A DNA stretch of 48,111 bases from Thraustochytrium aureum (taxonomy: Eukaryota), in the NCBI GenBank assembly GCA_012862495.1, contig BLSG01000237.1:10762-58872 (forward strand), given 5' to 3'. The position numbers were made by a program, and so were the translations under genes. Of the stretch, positions 10,989 to 22,637 are shown in pieces. Below the pieces are notes generated by a model that did not search any database, had not been told where the DNA came from, and saw only the letters and a list, made by a program, of their open reading frames with translations. Within the stretch, counting starts at the first letter, position 1; every line of letters starts with the position of its first letter.

Positions 10989-11790
10989 ATTGCTGGGAGC
11001 GCCCAGCCAGCCCTCGTCTCCGTCCGAATGGTGAGCCACGAGTCATCAGGCTGGTAGCGTGCTGGGCAGTACTTGTTTGAGTTNTTCGACATCCTCTGAC
11101 CTTCTTCGCCTCTGACCCCTTCACCAAAAACAACATTTCGTGCGAGCCGACCGGTCTCATGCGCGGAGCCGCCGGGAGCAGAAATTGAACCTATCGCCAA
11201 GCAGGGCACACTCCGACGCGGACGCATGGAGCACATGGAACTGGATGGGACTGCACTCGGTACCCTCACGGTAGCCCTCACGGTAGGCAGCGGCATTGTG
11301 GTGGCCTGGAGTGCAGCAGGTCTCGGCTGCGACTTCCAACCACGCTCAGTCAGTCGACGAGGAAGCTCATGGTGAGCCTTGGAGCAAGGCCAGGTTGAAG
11401 ACCCTCTTTCGGCTCACGCCTGCAAGGCCTGTGACTCGGTCGTGCTTCAAAGGCGATGCAACAGCGACCAACCCCAAGGAAATGACCATGCACCCCAAGC
11501 AACACAATTTTTTTTTCTACAAGGCTTCGGCATGCGCACGCATCGGCTGCTCCTGCACAAGGTGCTCGAACGGGCACGGTTGTTTGCGCTGCGGGCGGAG
11601 CGGGGCAGCCGGTCCTTCGGCAATTCTTGGAATCCGCGACATCCCAGCGCCAAACAGCAAAACCTTGTCGACGACTTGTCGTCGAGCAATCTCTTCCATA
11701 CCTCGCAGAGCCGACCAGGTTGCTCGTTGGAAAGACGCAGAGCCGAATGCAGAGCACTCTGAGCGCGCATTGCACATCAATTCGCGGTGT

Positions 11791-13170
11791 TCACCAGGGC
11801 TCGTCCGCGCTACGTCTGACCGCGACGGCCGTGTGCTGAGGGACGCTCAAATGCTGCTGCTGACACTGTTGGTGCGAGGTTCGCGCCGAAGGATGGCGAG
11901 CCCGGTGCGCTGAACGACGCGCGCGGGACCGCCGCACGTAGACAAACATGGCTGATGAAGCGAACGCAAGTGCAACAAGCGCAAAGAGCGCTGCGCCCAA
12001 CACGCCGCCGAAGACCAACGCGCTTGAGCCTTGCGAAGGACTTTCGGCAGGCTGAACGGCGCTTCCTTGGCTGGCGGACGGGCGAGACGCATCCTGGCCG
12101 CTAGCTTGACGATCTGGAGTTGCCATTGGCAGCGTAGGGCTACCAGTTGGAGGTGCCGAGGCCACGTCCGACGAGCTGGAAGTTGACTGGGACGGCGCGA
12201 AGGTCCGTTCTGCGGAGGGCATGTGGTCCGACGGCAGCGCTGTCGACCCGTTGACTGGTCGCTCCGTAGAAGGATAGCCCGTGGGGTCGCTCGTGGCGCC
12301 TTCCATGGGGCCTCGAGTGGTTGGTTTGTCAGTTGGCCTGTTCGAAGGCTGTGGCGTGGGCCTTGCCGAGGACGCTGGCTCGGAACTCGGCAGCTTGCCC
12401 GTGATGCTCTCTACCCAAGTGCGAAACAGGCGGACGTTGGTGTAGACGCCGGGTCGGCCGTAGCGCGCGCAGCCTTCTCCCCAGCTCACGATTCCGATCT
12501 GGACCGGACGAGCCTGCTCTGCGAACAATGGCCCGCCAGAGTCCCCAGTGCACGAGTCCTGGCCGCCCTCAAGCCGGCCGGCGCAAAACATGGTGGTCTT
12601 AAGCGCAGATCCGTACGCTTCTCGACAAGTCTCTTGGTCCATGAGAGGCACGCTGACGTGCCGCAGGTTGTCCTCTGCGACGCTGCCCAACTCGTTGGTG
12701 ACGCCCCAGCCTATCACGCTCGCAACCTGCGGTGGGCTTTCCCAGGCCTCGTCCCCTGGGCCAGCGATGGTGATTGGTTCTACCGAGGCAACTGGCGAGT
12801 CAAGCTCGAGGACCGCAATGTCATTCCGGACGCCCGAGTAGCCTGGCGCAAGAACGACCCTTTTTACAACCAGGACCTCGGCTGGTTTGCCCGGGGCCTT
12901 GATGTTGACGCGGCCGAGAACGGCTCGGGCCGGGATCCGGCCGTCCGGAACGCAGTGGCCCGCAGTCAGGAGGTATCGCGCATGGATTAGCGTTGCACCG
13001 CAAAAGTGCGCCCCGCTTGCGTACTGTAGCGACACCATCCACGGGTAGCGCTCGTCGTCCTCGACCGCGTCGCCACCGACGATCCTCAGCCCGGCCATGG
13101 CAAACTTGACGGACCCGTCGCAAGCGATGGCAGCGGCCGCCACAGCGGCCCAGGCCCACTTTCGCACCAT
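11791..13170 (-). CDS. Trypsin-like (S1A) serine protease with signal peptide, Ser/Thr/Pro stalk and C-terminal TM helix; catalytically intact
   Basis: Signal 'MVRKWAWAAVAAAAIAC', activation site R|IVGG, 'HFCGATLI', His 'LTAGHC', Asp 'NDIAVLEL', Ser 'DSCTGDSGGPL', 'GIVSWGEGCA...PGVYT', and TM 'ALVFGGVLGAALFALVALAFASSAMFVYVRR'. Confidence 0.93.
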   Translation of the reverse strand: MVRKWAWAAVAAAAIACDGSVKFAMAGLRIVGGDAVEDDERYPWMVSLQYASGAHFCGATLIHARYLLTAGHCVPDGRIPARAVLGRVNIKAPGKPAEVLVVKRVVLAPGYSGVRNDIAVLELDSPVASVEPITIAGPGDEAWESPPQVASVIGWGVTNELGSVAEDNLRHVSVPLMDQETCREAYGSALKTTMFCAGRLEGGQDSCTGDSGGPLFAEQARPVQIGIVSWGEGCARYGRPGVYTNVRLFRTWVESITGKLPSSEPASSARPTPQPSNRPTDKPTTRGPMEGATSDPTGYPSTERPVNGSTALPSDHMPSAERTFAPSQSTSSSSDVASAPPTGSPTLPMATPDRQASGQDASRPSASQGSAVQPAESPSQGSSALVFGGVLGAALFALVALAFASSAMFVYVRRSRARRSAHRARHPSARTSHQQCQQQHLSVPQHTAVAVRRSADEPW

Positions 13171-14450
13171 GCCTGCAGCCTGCTTGCCAACGCAGACCGA
13201 GCGCCTCAGTGCGCGTCGGCTGCGCTCGCTTGCCGTGCCGCTCGCTCGCTCGCTCGCTCTCCAGCTCGGCCGCCGCAGCGAGAGCAGGGTGGTGCAACGA
13301 CGAGGCGCGACACCAAATGGGCCTGCTCGGGGCATTCCGCGGCGACCTCGACATCCATGCAGCACACGACATCGACCAGCGATCGTCATTCACACCGGCG
13401 CAGCGCGGACCCTTGCGTGACCATTCCTTCCTTCCTTCCTTCCTCCCCGCGCGCAGTTCTGCGCGGAAGAACTGCGCGTGTGCACACCACGACGGTCGGT
13501 CGCGCGAGTCACATTCGCCGGCCGTCACAGCGTCCAACCCAGGTCACGCTCGACCAGCGGGCGCACGCCGCAAAACCGCAGAGCAGCAGCAGCCCGCTGC
13601 CAGTGGGGTCTCGCCGAGTCTCGCGCGCGCACTCGGCTCCCTGACCCGCGCAACGCTCACGACGACGCCTGCCTCCACGACAACGCGATGCTTGCTCGCT
13701 GTTGGCGCCATGATGGCCTGGGCCTGCTCCACGGCCTGGACCCACTCCGGGGAAGCGGTTGCTCGGCGCCATGGCGGACGCCGAGGCGTGCTGGAATCAG
13801 GTCCTGGACGCCGGCCTGCTCGAGTAAGTGCATTCCGGCGCCGAGTGGCGCCAAGTGGACGATGTGTTGGCCTGCCCGCTTGCCTGGCTGGCTGGCTGGC
13901 TGGCTGGGTTGTTTGTTTGTGCACGCTCGAGCGCACACGTTGCATTGCTCACACACCGTGGGCGATTGCGAGCTGGCGGAGGGAGGAGGCAGGGGAGAGG
14001 GGGGGGGTTGTTGGTGGCGTTCGTCCATCCTGGTCGCGAGTTGTGCTCGCGAGGCGGCGTGGCGCATTTGTGGCGCTGCTGTCTGTGCGTTCGCTGCACG
14101 GCGTTTTTGCGACTCAAGGGCGGCTGCGCGAACTCCGCAGGCGAGGCGCGTTCGTCCGCTTGCAAGGACCTGGCAGTCTGTTCTTGCGCGCGCGCGCTCG
14201 CTCGCTCGAAGCCGCCCCGAAGGCCTGCGCGGCTGCTCGACGGACGGCGTCGGCCGCCGCACGGACTGCTGCTGTGGTGGTGTGGTGCTGGTGGTGGCTG
14301 CGGTGCCGGTGGGGCGCAAGGCTGTCTCCGTGGTGGAACGCGGCGCCGCCGTGTTGCCGCCAGGGCGGTGGTCTGGCGGAGGTCGGCGCGGCCGCTGTTT
14401 GGCTGGCCGCCCGCCCGCCCGCCCGCCCGCTCGCTCGCTGAGGTGCAGCC

Positions 14451-15373
14451 ATGCGGGCGACCGCTCTGGTGCGCGGGCTGGTGGTGGCCGCCGTCGTCGC
14501 TGGGTGCTTGGGCGGAGCAGACGCAACGCCTGAAGGGTCAAGGGCGCTCCAGGACCAAGGCGGCAACCTCACGGCAGCCCCGGAGGCGTCTGGCACGGCA
14601 AAGGACAAGGAGAAGGAGGGGAGCACGGTCTTTGCGGTTGCGATGGGTATCTTTGGCGCTGGCGTCGGCAGCGGCACAGCTTACCTCCTCTACGTGACGA
14701 GGCCAAAGAAGCGGACGCTCGGAGACTCGCCGAGCGGGCTCGCATTCCACGACGACCCGAGCAGCCGCAAAGCTGCGCGCGAGCAAGGGCTCGCAAGCGG
14801 CCGGAGCGGCACAGCGATCGAAGCGGTCGCTCGGGCACCAAGACGGCTCCGAGTGCGCTTGCATCTGCGAACCCGTTCGGCCGCAGTGTCGTGCTGGGCT
14901 TGGCTGTCGAGCGGCAAGGCGCGCCAGATTCGCCAAAGTCGGCCTTTTCAGCGCACGCGTCCTCCTCCTCCAGCACGGCGTCGGGCCACGAACGACACCG
15001 CGCTCAGGCAGAACTCCGGGTTCCCGCTCTGACATCGCAGGCGCGGCCCAAGGCCCCACCGCCGGCGCCACCGCCGGCGCTGCACCGACCAGCAGCCTCT
15101 ACAAGCAAGTCGTCGCCACTGCCGCCTCCATCGTGGGAGGAATTCGGTGTGCCATCGCCTGCCCAGCGCGGGGGACGCGCAGGAGCTGGCCGGGGCCTGG
15201 GCCCGCCGCAGGCGCCGCGGGCTGGGTCGCAGGCATTTCGGGCGCCTCGGCCCGACATGGAGCTCCCAGGCTCTCCACTATCGCGAACACCCACTTTTCT
15301 CCGGCCCGCGCAGCGCAGTGGCAGGCGACCCGCTTCGCGACAAGCCGAAGGGGTTCTTTCTGCCCAACTTTGA
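14451..15373 (+). CDS. Putative type I membrane protein (signal peptide, short ectodomain, TM, Pro/Ser-rich tail); probable frameshift at ~14810
   Basis: Signal-like 'MRATALVRGLVVAAVVAGCLGGADA' and TM 'VFAVAMGIFGAGVGSGTAYLLYV' followed by RPKKR. Adding one base near 14810 links it to the Pro-rich ORF 14891..15373. Confidence 0.5.
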
Positions 15374-15724
15374 GCCAAAGCGCGCATCGCAGATCATTTG
15401 AGCGGGGCGAGGGCGTATTCTAGAGGAGCCGTGCAGCCTTTCTTTCCAGCCAAGACCAGGCTGAGGCGAGGCGCTCGCTCAAGCCCTGGGCAACAGGGCC
15501 CTGCACACAACCCGATGGCGTTGCCTCGGCCAATAGCGTCGTCAACTGAAGTGAGTGTGGGCAGACAAACCGTAAAATCAACTTCAACTTTCACATCATC
15601 ATCGTGTTGTTGTGAAACCCCAAAAGGAAACAATCACCGCTTCGAACTCGCGGAGGCGCAGCAGCCCAGCCGCGGGAAACGTGGCCAGGGCATCCAAGGT
15701 AACTTCGCGCGCTGCCTTTCGTCC

Positions 15725-17002
15725 TCAGATGATGGCCGAGATGCGCTTGGGAAGGTTTCGCCGCGTAAAGTACGGCTTCGGCGCCACTTGGACCTCCACT
15801 TGGTCTGCCAGACCGTCGGAGGCCTGCTCGTTTCCAGGCTGCTCGGCGCCCTGGTCTGCCTGCGGAGGGACGAAAGGGCCTGCACTGGGGCCCTTGACGA
15901 AGTGGACGGCGTTGCTGCCGCGAGCATTGGCAGCCTTTTCACGGCGCGATCGGAAAACGTAGATCGCGACGAAAAGAATGGCGACTCCGGCGCATCCGCC
16001 GATCACAGCAGGCAAATTGTTCGGCGTGCCAGCGCTACTGTCCGCACCTAATCCCTCGCCATTGCCCCCCACACCCGTCCCCGGGGCCCCTCCGCCGTCG
16101 CCGCCGCCGCCGTCCCCGCCGTCGCCACCGCCGCCAGTACCGGTGCCGGGGTCTACTACGAGCTCTTTCAGGTCAAAGTATGCAGTTGCATTGATCCACC
16201 CTTGCAACGCGTCCATGGGGACCACTGCCGCGGTGTAGGTTGGCAGCGCGCAGCCAGAGCTCTGGACAACAACCCCAACCAGAACTCTGGCGCCAGTCGC
16301 CGCTACGTCCAAGTAGACTGGCGAGCCTCCGTCGCCGCCACACTGAAGATCCTCAGCTTGGGCATCGTCGTCATCGTCGTCGCCTTCGGCAGGCCTGCGC
16401 TCGAAGACAACACAGGCCATCCCAGCGACGAACTGATCCAGCCCGCTGCAGTCCGTGTCCGGCGTTGCGGACCAGTTGCCAACAAGATCCTTCACTTTTC
16501 CAACGACTGCGTTGGAGTTTGAACCTGTTTCCGTGCCAGCATAGCCGACGACGTGCACCTGTGTGCCAAGCGGGAGCGGAGCGCCCAATCCGACGATGGG
16601 CGAGGCCAAGTTGTCAGCAATCGTGGGCTCCCCCTTGACGACAGGCAGATTCTCGTGGGCCACCAAAGGCTGCGATAGTCTTGCTGCCGTCCACGTGTTT
16701 GCTCTCCCGCCAAGGTCGGCGTTGAAGACGCTGTACACGGTTTCGGCACGCACTAGCTGGGCGCAGCTCGCCGATGTGACGACATCAGAGCCAACGAGTA
16801 CGCCAGTGCACGCGTGCCGCGATCCACCAACTCCGCCGAGCCCTTGCCTTATCTGCAGCGACACGAACGACGGGTACGCGCCGGGATCGCTAGCCACCGG
16901 CGCGTGCTCGAGCAAGCCGCGGCGGCCGCCCGCAGCGCTCGCGCCGCCCGCGATCGCGGATGCCAGGACGGCCGCGACCAGCGCAGCTACGCGGCGCACC
17001 AT
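15725..17002 (-). CDS. Trypsin-fold serine protease homolog, catalytically inactive, with Gly-rich linker and TM helix
   Basis: Signal 'MVRRVAALVAAVLASAIAGG', 'YPSFVSLQ...HACTGVLV', 'VVTSASC' (His absent), 'QCGGDGGSPV' (Ser replaced by Gly), 'VLVGVV...SGC', and TM 'AVIGGCAGVAILFVAIYVF'. Confidence 0.75.
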   Translation of the reverse strand: MVRRVAALVAAVLASAIAGGASAAGGRRGLLEHAPVASDPGAYPSFVSLQIRQGLGGVGGSRHACTGVLVGSDVVTSASCAQLVRAETVYSVFNADLGGRANTWTAARLSQPLVAHENLPVVKGEPTIADNLASPIVGLGAPLPLGTQVHVVGYAGTETGSNSNAVVGKVKDLVGNWSATPDTDCSGLDQFVAGMACVVFERRPAEGDDDDDDAQAEDLQCGGDGGSPVYLDVAATGARVLVGVVVQSSGCALPTYTAAVVPMDALQGWINATAYFDLKELVVDPGTGTGGGGDGGDGGGGDGGGAPGTGVGGNGEGLGADSSAGTPNNLPAVIGGCAGVAILFVAIYVFRSRREKAANARGSNAVHFVKGPSAGPFVPPQADQGAEQPGNEQASDGLADQVEVQVAPKPYFTRRNLPKRISAII

Positions 17003-18060
17003 GATGCTTTTTCGTCTCTGCCCGTCCCTGCCGCGACGGTCGCCGAGAGCGTGAATGCGGCTCCGCGTCAACAGCTTTCGAGCGCTGATGTCGAGTTGGT
17101 CGTCGAGCACTGCAACAACGAGAATCCCGGCAACAATATCTCGCGCCGAGTGGACGAGCGCTCGAACCCTGCTGTCGCCAGGCCCCAGGATCGGGGGTCA
17201 CAAATGCCAGCGTACATGCGCTCGCCGATGGCCAGCCGCTTCCAGCGCAAACAAACAGCACCCTCTTGCAACCGGTGAGATCGCGCGAAAGTGGCGTGCG
17301 CCATCCCAGCGTACAACTGCGGGNNNNNNNNNNNNNNNNNNNNNNNNNNNNNNNNNNNNNNNNNNNNNNNNNNNNNNNNNNNNNNNNNNNNNNNNNNNNN
17401 NNNNNNNNNNNNNNNNNNNNNNNNNNNNNNNNNNNNNNNNNNNNNNNNNNNNNNNNNNNNNGTACAATTGCGGGGTATCGAGGCCAGCTCTGCCGGAAAG
17501 ACCGGCATGCACGCCGGCCGTCGGTATCGCTCTACCTTGCTTTGGATACTCCGGGAGATACCGCCAAGTGCCCGCTGGCGGACTGGTGTGCACTGATCTC
17601 GCTGGGAACAGTGTACTCTACTCCACCTTCCCTTGGAGGGGTACTCGCAAGCAAGTGCATTGTGGTCTCACATCATCATCCCTCGTCGAGGCCCTGCGTT
17701 GATTGAAGGCTGGACTTGTTGGGCCAAGCCTCATCGCGTGATCATTGCCCCGGCTCTCGCTGCCGCGTTTGTTCACCAGGGGAGGATTCGACGAGGGCGG
17801 GCTCTCCTGACCCTCCTTCCTGCACAGCTCGGTGCTCGGCTCGCCCGCGAATTGGCGCTGCCACGGATTGGTGTGCCCAAATTCACTCGCTCGCGTTCAC
17901 ATTTCGCAAGTCGATCAAACCAGCAAGCGCGAAACACAGACCGACCGCTTGCGACCCGAGCAGCCCGCGACGGAGGCCAGGCGAGCCCGGCGGGACCTCA
18001 GGCGCTGCACCGCGCAGCATCAACTAGAGCTCGGTTGGGCACGGCGAGAAAACTGCGACG

Positions 18061-19662
18061 ATGCGGGGCTTTGGCGCACTTCTCACCGTCATGGTCGCGC
18101 TTCTGCGCTGCGCGAACGGAGGCGAGGCGCGAGGCGCGTCTGGCGCCGCGCGGGAGCTCCTTGCCAAGGCGCCTCTGGCGCCGGACGCCGCGGCCCCATG
18201 GGCGGTGAGCATTCAAGTCAAGTCGAGGGGCTCGTGGTACCACAAGTGCACCGGGACTCTGATCGCAGCGAAATGGGTGCTGACAAACGCGCTCTGCGGC
18301 ACGGACAGCTCAGAAGATCTCAGAGCGGTGGTGCAGGGGGATGCGCAGCTGCGCACGATTGAGGCCTCCACGACGAACGGGGACCTCGCCCTTCTTGAGC
18401 TGTCATCCGCCGTCTCAGGCGTGGCCAGAGTGCACCTCCCTACTGGTAACGAGTTCGAGGCGATCGGCGACAAGCTCTTGATCGTGGGCTGGGCCAACGG
18501 AGAGTCGAGAAGCGAGATCGGCAAGGCGGACGAGATCGGCGGCTTGCGCCAGCTCGAGCTCAGTGTGAGTGTGGAGTCCTCGCTGTCGTGCTTTCTTAGC
18601 CCTGGCATGTTTTGCGCGTGGCTCAATAACGCCATCGAGGATTTGGAACCTTGCTCCCCCGGGGACCTCGGAAGCCCGCTTTTCCATGCCGACCCAGCCT
18701 CTGGAGTAACGATGATTGTTGGTGTGCTGGAGAGCAGTCAAGGGTGCGGGGACGCCAGCTACAGGGCCAAGGCCACATCGACGCGAAACTTTGTTGACTT
18801 TGTAGAGTCCACGACAGGTACAGTGCTAACGACTGAGGAGCCCACGTCAAGCCCAACAAAGGGGCCCACGCGGAAACCGACAAAGGCGCCCACGCGGAAA
18901 CCGACAAAGGCGCCCACACGGAAACCAACGAAGGGGCCCACGCGGAAACCAACAAAGGGGCCCACGCGGAAACCGACAAAGGGGCCCACTCAGAAACCGA
19001 CAAAGGCCCCTACGCGGAAACCTACAAAGGCACCTACGCGGAAACCCTCGACATCGCCAACACAGCTTCCCACCGTCGCCCCCCAGCCTGGAGGCAATAG
19101 CTCGATCCCAGGCGCGGAGACAGCAACGCGAGCCCCGACGCCAGTCGCCGGCGGGTCGCCCGACTTTGACCCCGTCGGGGCGGGCAGCCCCGTCGAAGGG
19201 AAAGACGCCCAAAACGTGGGCGGAAACGGGTTTGAAATCGGGATTGGCGTGACTGCCGGCCTCCTCGCTCTCGTGGCAGGCCTCGTTTTCGTCGCAACAA
19301 AGCGGCAGAGGAGAAGCGGAAGTTCGCGAAACGCCGGCCACGGCACAGGCGGGGGAGGTCCTTCCATGGGGGGTCTTGTCCAAGCGCTGTCTGGAAGTTT
19401 TGCCAAGCGTGGCGACAACAACCCTGAAAGGTTTGTGCGTTCGTCCTCGAGCCGCGCGGATGGCTCGGGCGTCGCGGCTCCGCCTTTTGCGGCGGTCGTC
19501 GCGAGTCCTCTCCACGCACCACTGCAGAGTGGCGCGGCAATGGGCATCTCGATATTGCCGCCTGCCTCGCCGCAAGCCCTCGCTGCCATAGCTGAGCGGA
19601 AGAAGGCTCAGCAGCTGGCCAAGAGCCACATCGACAATGTGGGGCGAGGGCGGCTTCAGTAG
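18061..19662 (+). CDS. Trypsin-fold serine protease homolog, catalytically inactive, with PT(R/K) repeat stalk and TM helix
   Basis: Signal peptide, 'PWAVSIQ...HKCTGTLIAAKWVLTNALC' (His replaced by Leu), 'GDLALLEL', 'IVGW', 'GMFCA', 'GDLGSPLF' (Ser replaced by Leu), and TM 'IGIGVTAGLLALVAGLVFVA'. Confidence 0.8.
   Translation: MRGFGALLTVMVALLRCANGGEARGASGAARELLAKAPLAPDAAAPWAVSIQVKSRGSWYHKCTGTLIAAKWVLTNALCGTDSSEDLRAVVQGDAQLRTIEASTTNGDLALLELSSAVSGVARVHLPTGNEFEAIGDKLLIVGWANGESRSEIGKADEIGGLRQLELSVSVESSLSCFLSPGMFCAWLNNAIEDLEPCSPGDLGSPLFHADPASGVTMIVGVLESSQGCGDASYRAKATSTRNFVDFVESTTGTVLTTEEPTSSPTKGPTRKPTKAPTRKPTKAPTRKPTKGPTRKPTKGPTRKPTKGPTQKPTKAPTRKPTKAPTRKPSTSPTQLPTVAPQPGGNSSIPGAETATRAPTPVAGGSPDFDPVGAGSPVEGKDAQNVGGNGFEIGIGVTAGLLALVAGLVFVATKRQRRSGSSRNAGHGTGGGGPSMGGLVQALSGSFAKRGDNNPERFVRSSSSRADGSGVAAPPFAAVVASPLHAPLQSGAAMGISILPPASPQALAAIAERKKAQQLAKSHIDNVGRGRLQ
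18853..19044 (+). repeat. Coding minisatellite, 8 x 24 bp, encoding PTK(G/A)PT(R/Q)K
   Basis: Unit 'ccracaaagg(g/c)gcccacgcggaaa' repeated with synonymous variation. Confidence 0.92.
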
Positions 19663-20280
19663 CGGGGCCGAGCCGCCGGCGTCCGCTCGCGGCCCGGCGA
19701 CGAGGCAGATTGTGCCACCCCGGCCGCTGGCCAGGCCGCCGTCCGCCGTTGAAGCCGCTGCCTCCGAGCCCGCGGCCCAACCCAAGCCCTCGCTGCCGAT
19801 CCTCTTCAACAAGCGGATCTCGCACATCGTCTAGCGAGCGAGAGCTCCCGACGTAGCCCTTCGTCTCTCGAGCTAGCTAGNNNNNNNNNNNNNNNNNNNN
19901 NNNNNNNNNNNNNNNNNNNNNNNNNNNNNNNNNNNNNNNNNNNNNNNNNNNNNNNNNNNNNNNNNNNNNNNNNNNNNNNNNNNNNNNNNNNNNNNNNNNN
20001 NNNNNNNNNNNNNNNNNNNNNNNNNNNNNNNNNNNNNNNNNNNNNNNNNNNNNNNNNNNNNNNNNNNNNNNNNNNNNNNNNNNNNNNNNNNNNNNNNNNN
20101 NNNNNNNNNNNNNNNNNNNNNNNNNNNNNNNNNNNNNNNNNNNNNNNNNNNNNNNNNNNNNNNNNNNNNNNNNNNNNNNNNNNNNNNNNNNNNNNNNNNN
20201 NNNNNNNNNNNNNNNNNNNNNNNNNNNNNNNNNNNNNNNNNNNNNNNNNNNNNNNNNNNNNNNNNNNNNNNNNNNNNNNN

Positions 20281-22637
20281 TGAGCGAGGCGCAACTCGAG
20301 CTCGCTCAAGGGCTGTCGCCGTACGGGTGGCTGAGCCTTGCGGTCGGGCTGTGCTGGGCGCTCTGGGCGTGCGAGGTGGCCGCCGCGGCGCTGGCGGACC
20401 GCGCAGCGCGCCTCGCAGTGCGAGGCGGGAACTGGCTGCTCCTTGCTGACAGCGGGTCTCGCGTGCGAGTGGGCCTCGCTGGCAACGCGCTGCTGGTGCT
20501 CGGCGCTGCCGCTGCGCTGGGCCGGACTCTTTGCGCGCGCAGGCAGTAGCGAACGTGTTGGGCGCGAGGACGGCGGAGACTTTGCGCAGGCGATCTGGGC
20601 CTCGCACCACCGCGGCAGGTTTGCTGGCACGCTTCGCTGGTTGCTCTGCTGCTTTGCCTGCGACTTTGCAGCGTTTCGAAGCCGACGGCCCCCTTTGCTC
20701 GCGGGGGTCTGCGAGCAAGACGAGCTGGCTGCGGCGGCGACGACGCTCGCGCACCTCTTCGAGTACCGCGCGCACGGCTTGGCCCACTACCAAGCGCTCG
20801 GGCTCCTGGGGAGGCTGTTTTTCGAGCGCGAGCAGGCCGCCGCCAAATCGGGCCAAGAACCAACGCCCGACGAAAGCGAGCGCGAAGATGGCGCACGGCG
20901 GCTCTCGGCGTGGGAGACTGCCGCGCTCGCCAAGGCGCTAGAGCTGAACAAATTCGCCATCGGCGTCTACACCGGCTGCATGCTGGACTTGCCGCGCTAC
21001 TCGCTTGCCTGCGCCGTGTGTTGCTACAGCGCAAGCCGGCTTTGCCTCGGCTGCCAATGCCGCTCTGCTGCGGGCCAAGAAAGGGACGCCGTCCTCGCAG
21101 GCGACGACTGGTCCAGGAGCCACATGCGCCGGTTCCGAAGGTACGTCGGCGAACACCAGCTGGTCATTCGCTCCGGACAGGTCGGCAACAAGTCCTGCCA
21201 GGTTGCTTTTTGTCTCACGACGCGGCCAAGCGCAGTAGACGGTAGCGCAAAAGGGGCCCAGCGGTTGGGTCCAGTGGAGATTGTTCTCGCAGTTAGGGGC
21301 ACGGAGAACCTGTTTGACATCCTCACGGACTCGTTCATGTTTCCCGTGCCGCTCGACCCAGGGGACATTGGTCTGGCGCCCGGGCAAGGCGAGTCCGCCG
21401 GCCATGCCCATCTCGGGGTCTTGCTGTGTGCGCGCGCGCTGCGCAGCCAGGTCGAAGCCGACATTGTGCGGCTTGTCGGCCTCCTTCGCGACACGCTTTC
21501 GGGCGCGGGCGCGCCCGATGCTCCAGCGATAAGCGTCTTTGTTGTTGGCCACTCGCTTGGCGCCTCGGTGGCCTCGTTGCTGGCGCTTGCTTTGCAGCCC
21601 GTGTTTGCTGCGACAGGGAGCGCCACCGTATTGGCGCTGGCCTTTCAGCCGCTTCCGTGTCTCGATCTGGTCGCGCTGCGTGCCGCAAGGGCGGCACATC
21701 CGCGAGCAGTGCTGAGCCTCCCCTACGGCGACGACGTGGTGAGTAGGCTCTCCTTGCTGCGGCTTCACAGGCTTAGCCAGCGAATACTGGCTCTTCAGCG
21801 CCAAGACGCGCGGCGTGGCCCGGCGGGGCTAGCGCATCACACATGCACCACGCTGGCGCTCGGGGCTCGGTTTGTTTGCTCGATGGCGGCGCGGTGTTTG
21901 CTCTTCGGCGGAAAGCAAATTCGCGCCACAGAGCGCGGCGGCCGCTCGCGCAGGCTCGAGTCTTTACGGCCTTCTGCCGAGGCGGAGGCCGTCGACGAAG
22001 CTGGTGTTGCGAGTGGCCTGCACGAGNNNNNNNNNNNNNNNNNNNNNNNNNNNNNNNNNNNNNNNNNNNNNNNNNNNNNNNNNNNNNNNNNNNNNNNNNN
22101 NNNNNNNNNNNNNNNNNNNNNNNNNNNNNNNNNNNNNNNNNNNNNNNNNNNNNNNNNNNNNNNNNNNNNNNNNNNNNNNNNNNNNNNNNNNNNNNNNNNN
22201 NNNNNNNNNNNNNNNNNNNNNNNNNNNNNNNNNNNNNNNNNNNNNNNNNNNNNNNNNNNNNNNNNNNNNNNNNNNNNNNNNNNNNNNNNNNNNNNNNNNN
22301 NNNNNNNNNNNNGCCGAGCGACTCGTCGGATCCAGAGTATCCCAACCTCTTTCTTGTTGGCCGTGTGGTGCACATCCGGCCATCCCGGAACGGCGCGGTC
22401 GCCGAGGCCGTCGACCAGGCTGACTTGGACGTGCTTGTCCTGTCTCGCGACATGTTTGTCGACCACATGCCCTGGCGGCTTTCTGCGGCCTTGTCCAAGG
22501 TTGTTGGCCGCGGTTTTCGGGTTGGCAACTTGGCGGCGTGCTTTGCTGCCGCCCGGGGGGGCGATGTCGAGCTTGGCGCAACGATGAAACAAGAAGGCGG
22601 CGCTGGGGCCCAGACAACTGTGCTCACTCAGGTATAG
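20281..22637 (+). CDS. Class 3 lipase, diacylglycerol-lipase-like, with N-terminal hydrophobic segments; partial, with 5' gap, internal gap and frameshift near 20530
   Basis: 'IVLAVRGTENLFDILTD', 'GHAHLGV', nucleophile 'VVGHSLGASVASLLAL', acid 'GDDVVSRLS'. After the gap, 'LFLVGRVVHI' and His motif 'DMFVDHMPW'. A TM-like segment 'GWLSLAVGLCWALW' lies in another frame at ~20325-20370. Confidence 0.8.

Noticed and set aside
13209..14541. Long overlapping ORFs (410, 351, 294 and 289 aa) between the protease and the membrane-protein gene
   Set aside because: Arg/Ala/Gly-rich translations of GC-rich microsatellite-containing DNA with no domain signal. Probably spurious.
17311..17475. gtacaactgcggg / gtacaattgcggg on either side of an N-gap as a biological repeat
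   Set aside because: More likely a contig overlap or allelic end at the gap; cannot be evaluated from this sequence.
18853..19044. CRISPR-like or other noncoding repeat array
   Set aside because: The units are contiguous with no spacers, are in frame and vary synonymously, so this is a coding minisatellite. No cas genes are present and the context is eukaryotic.
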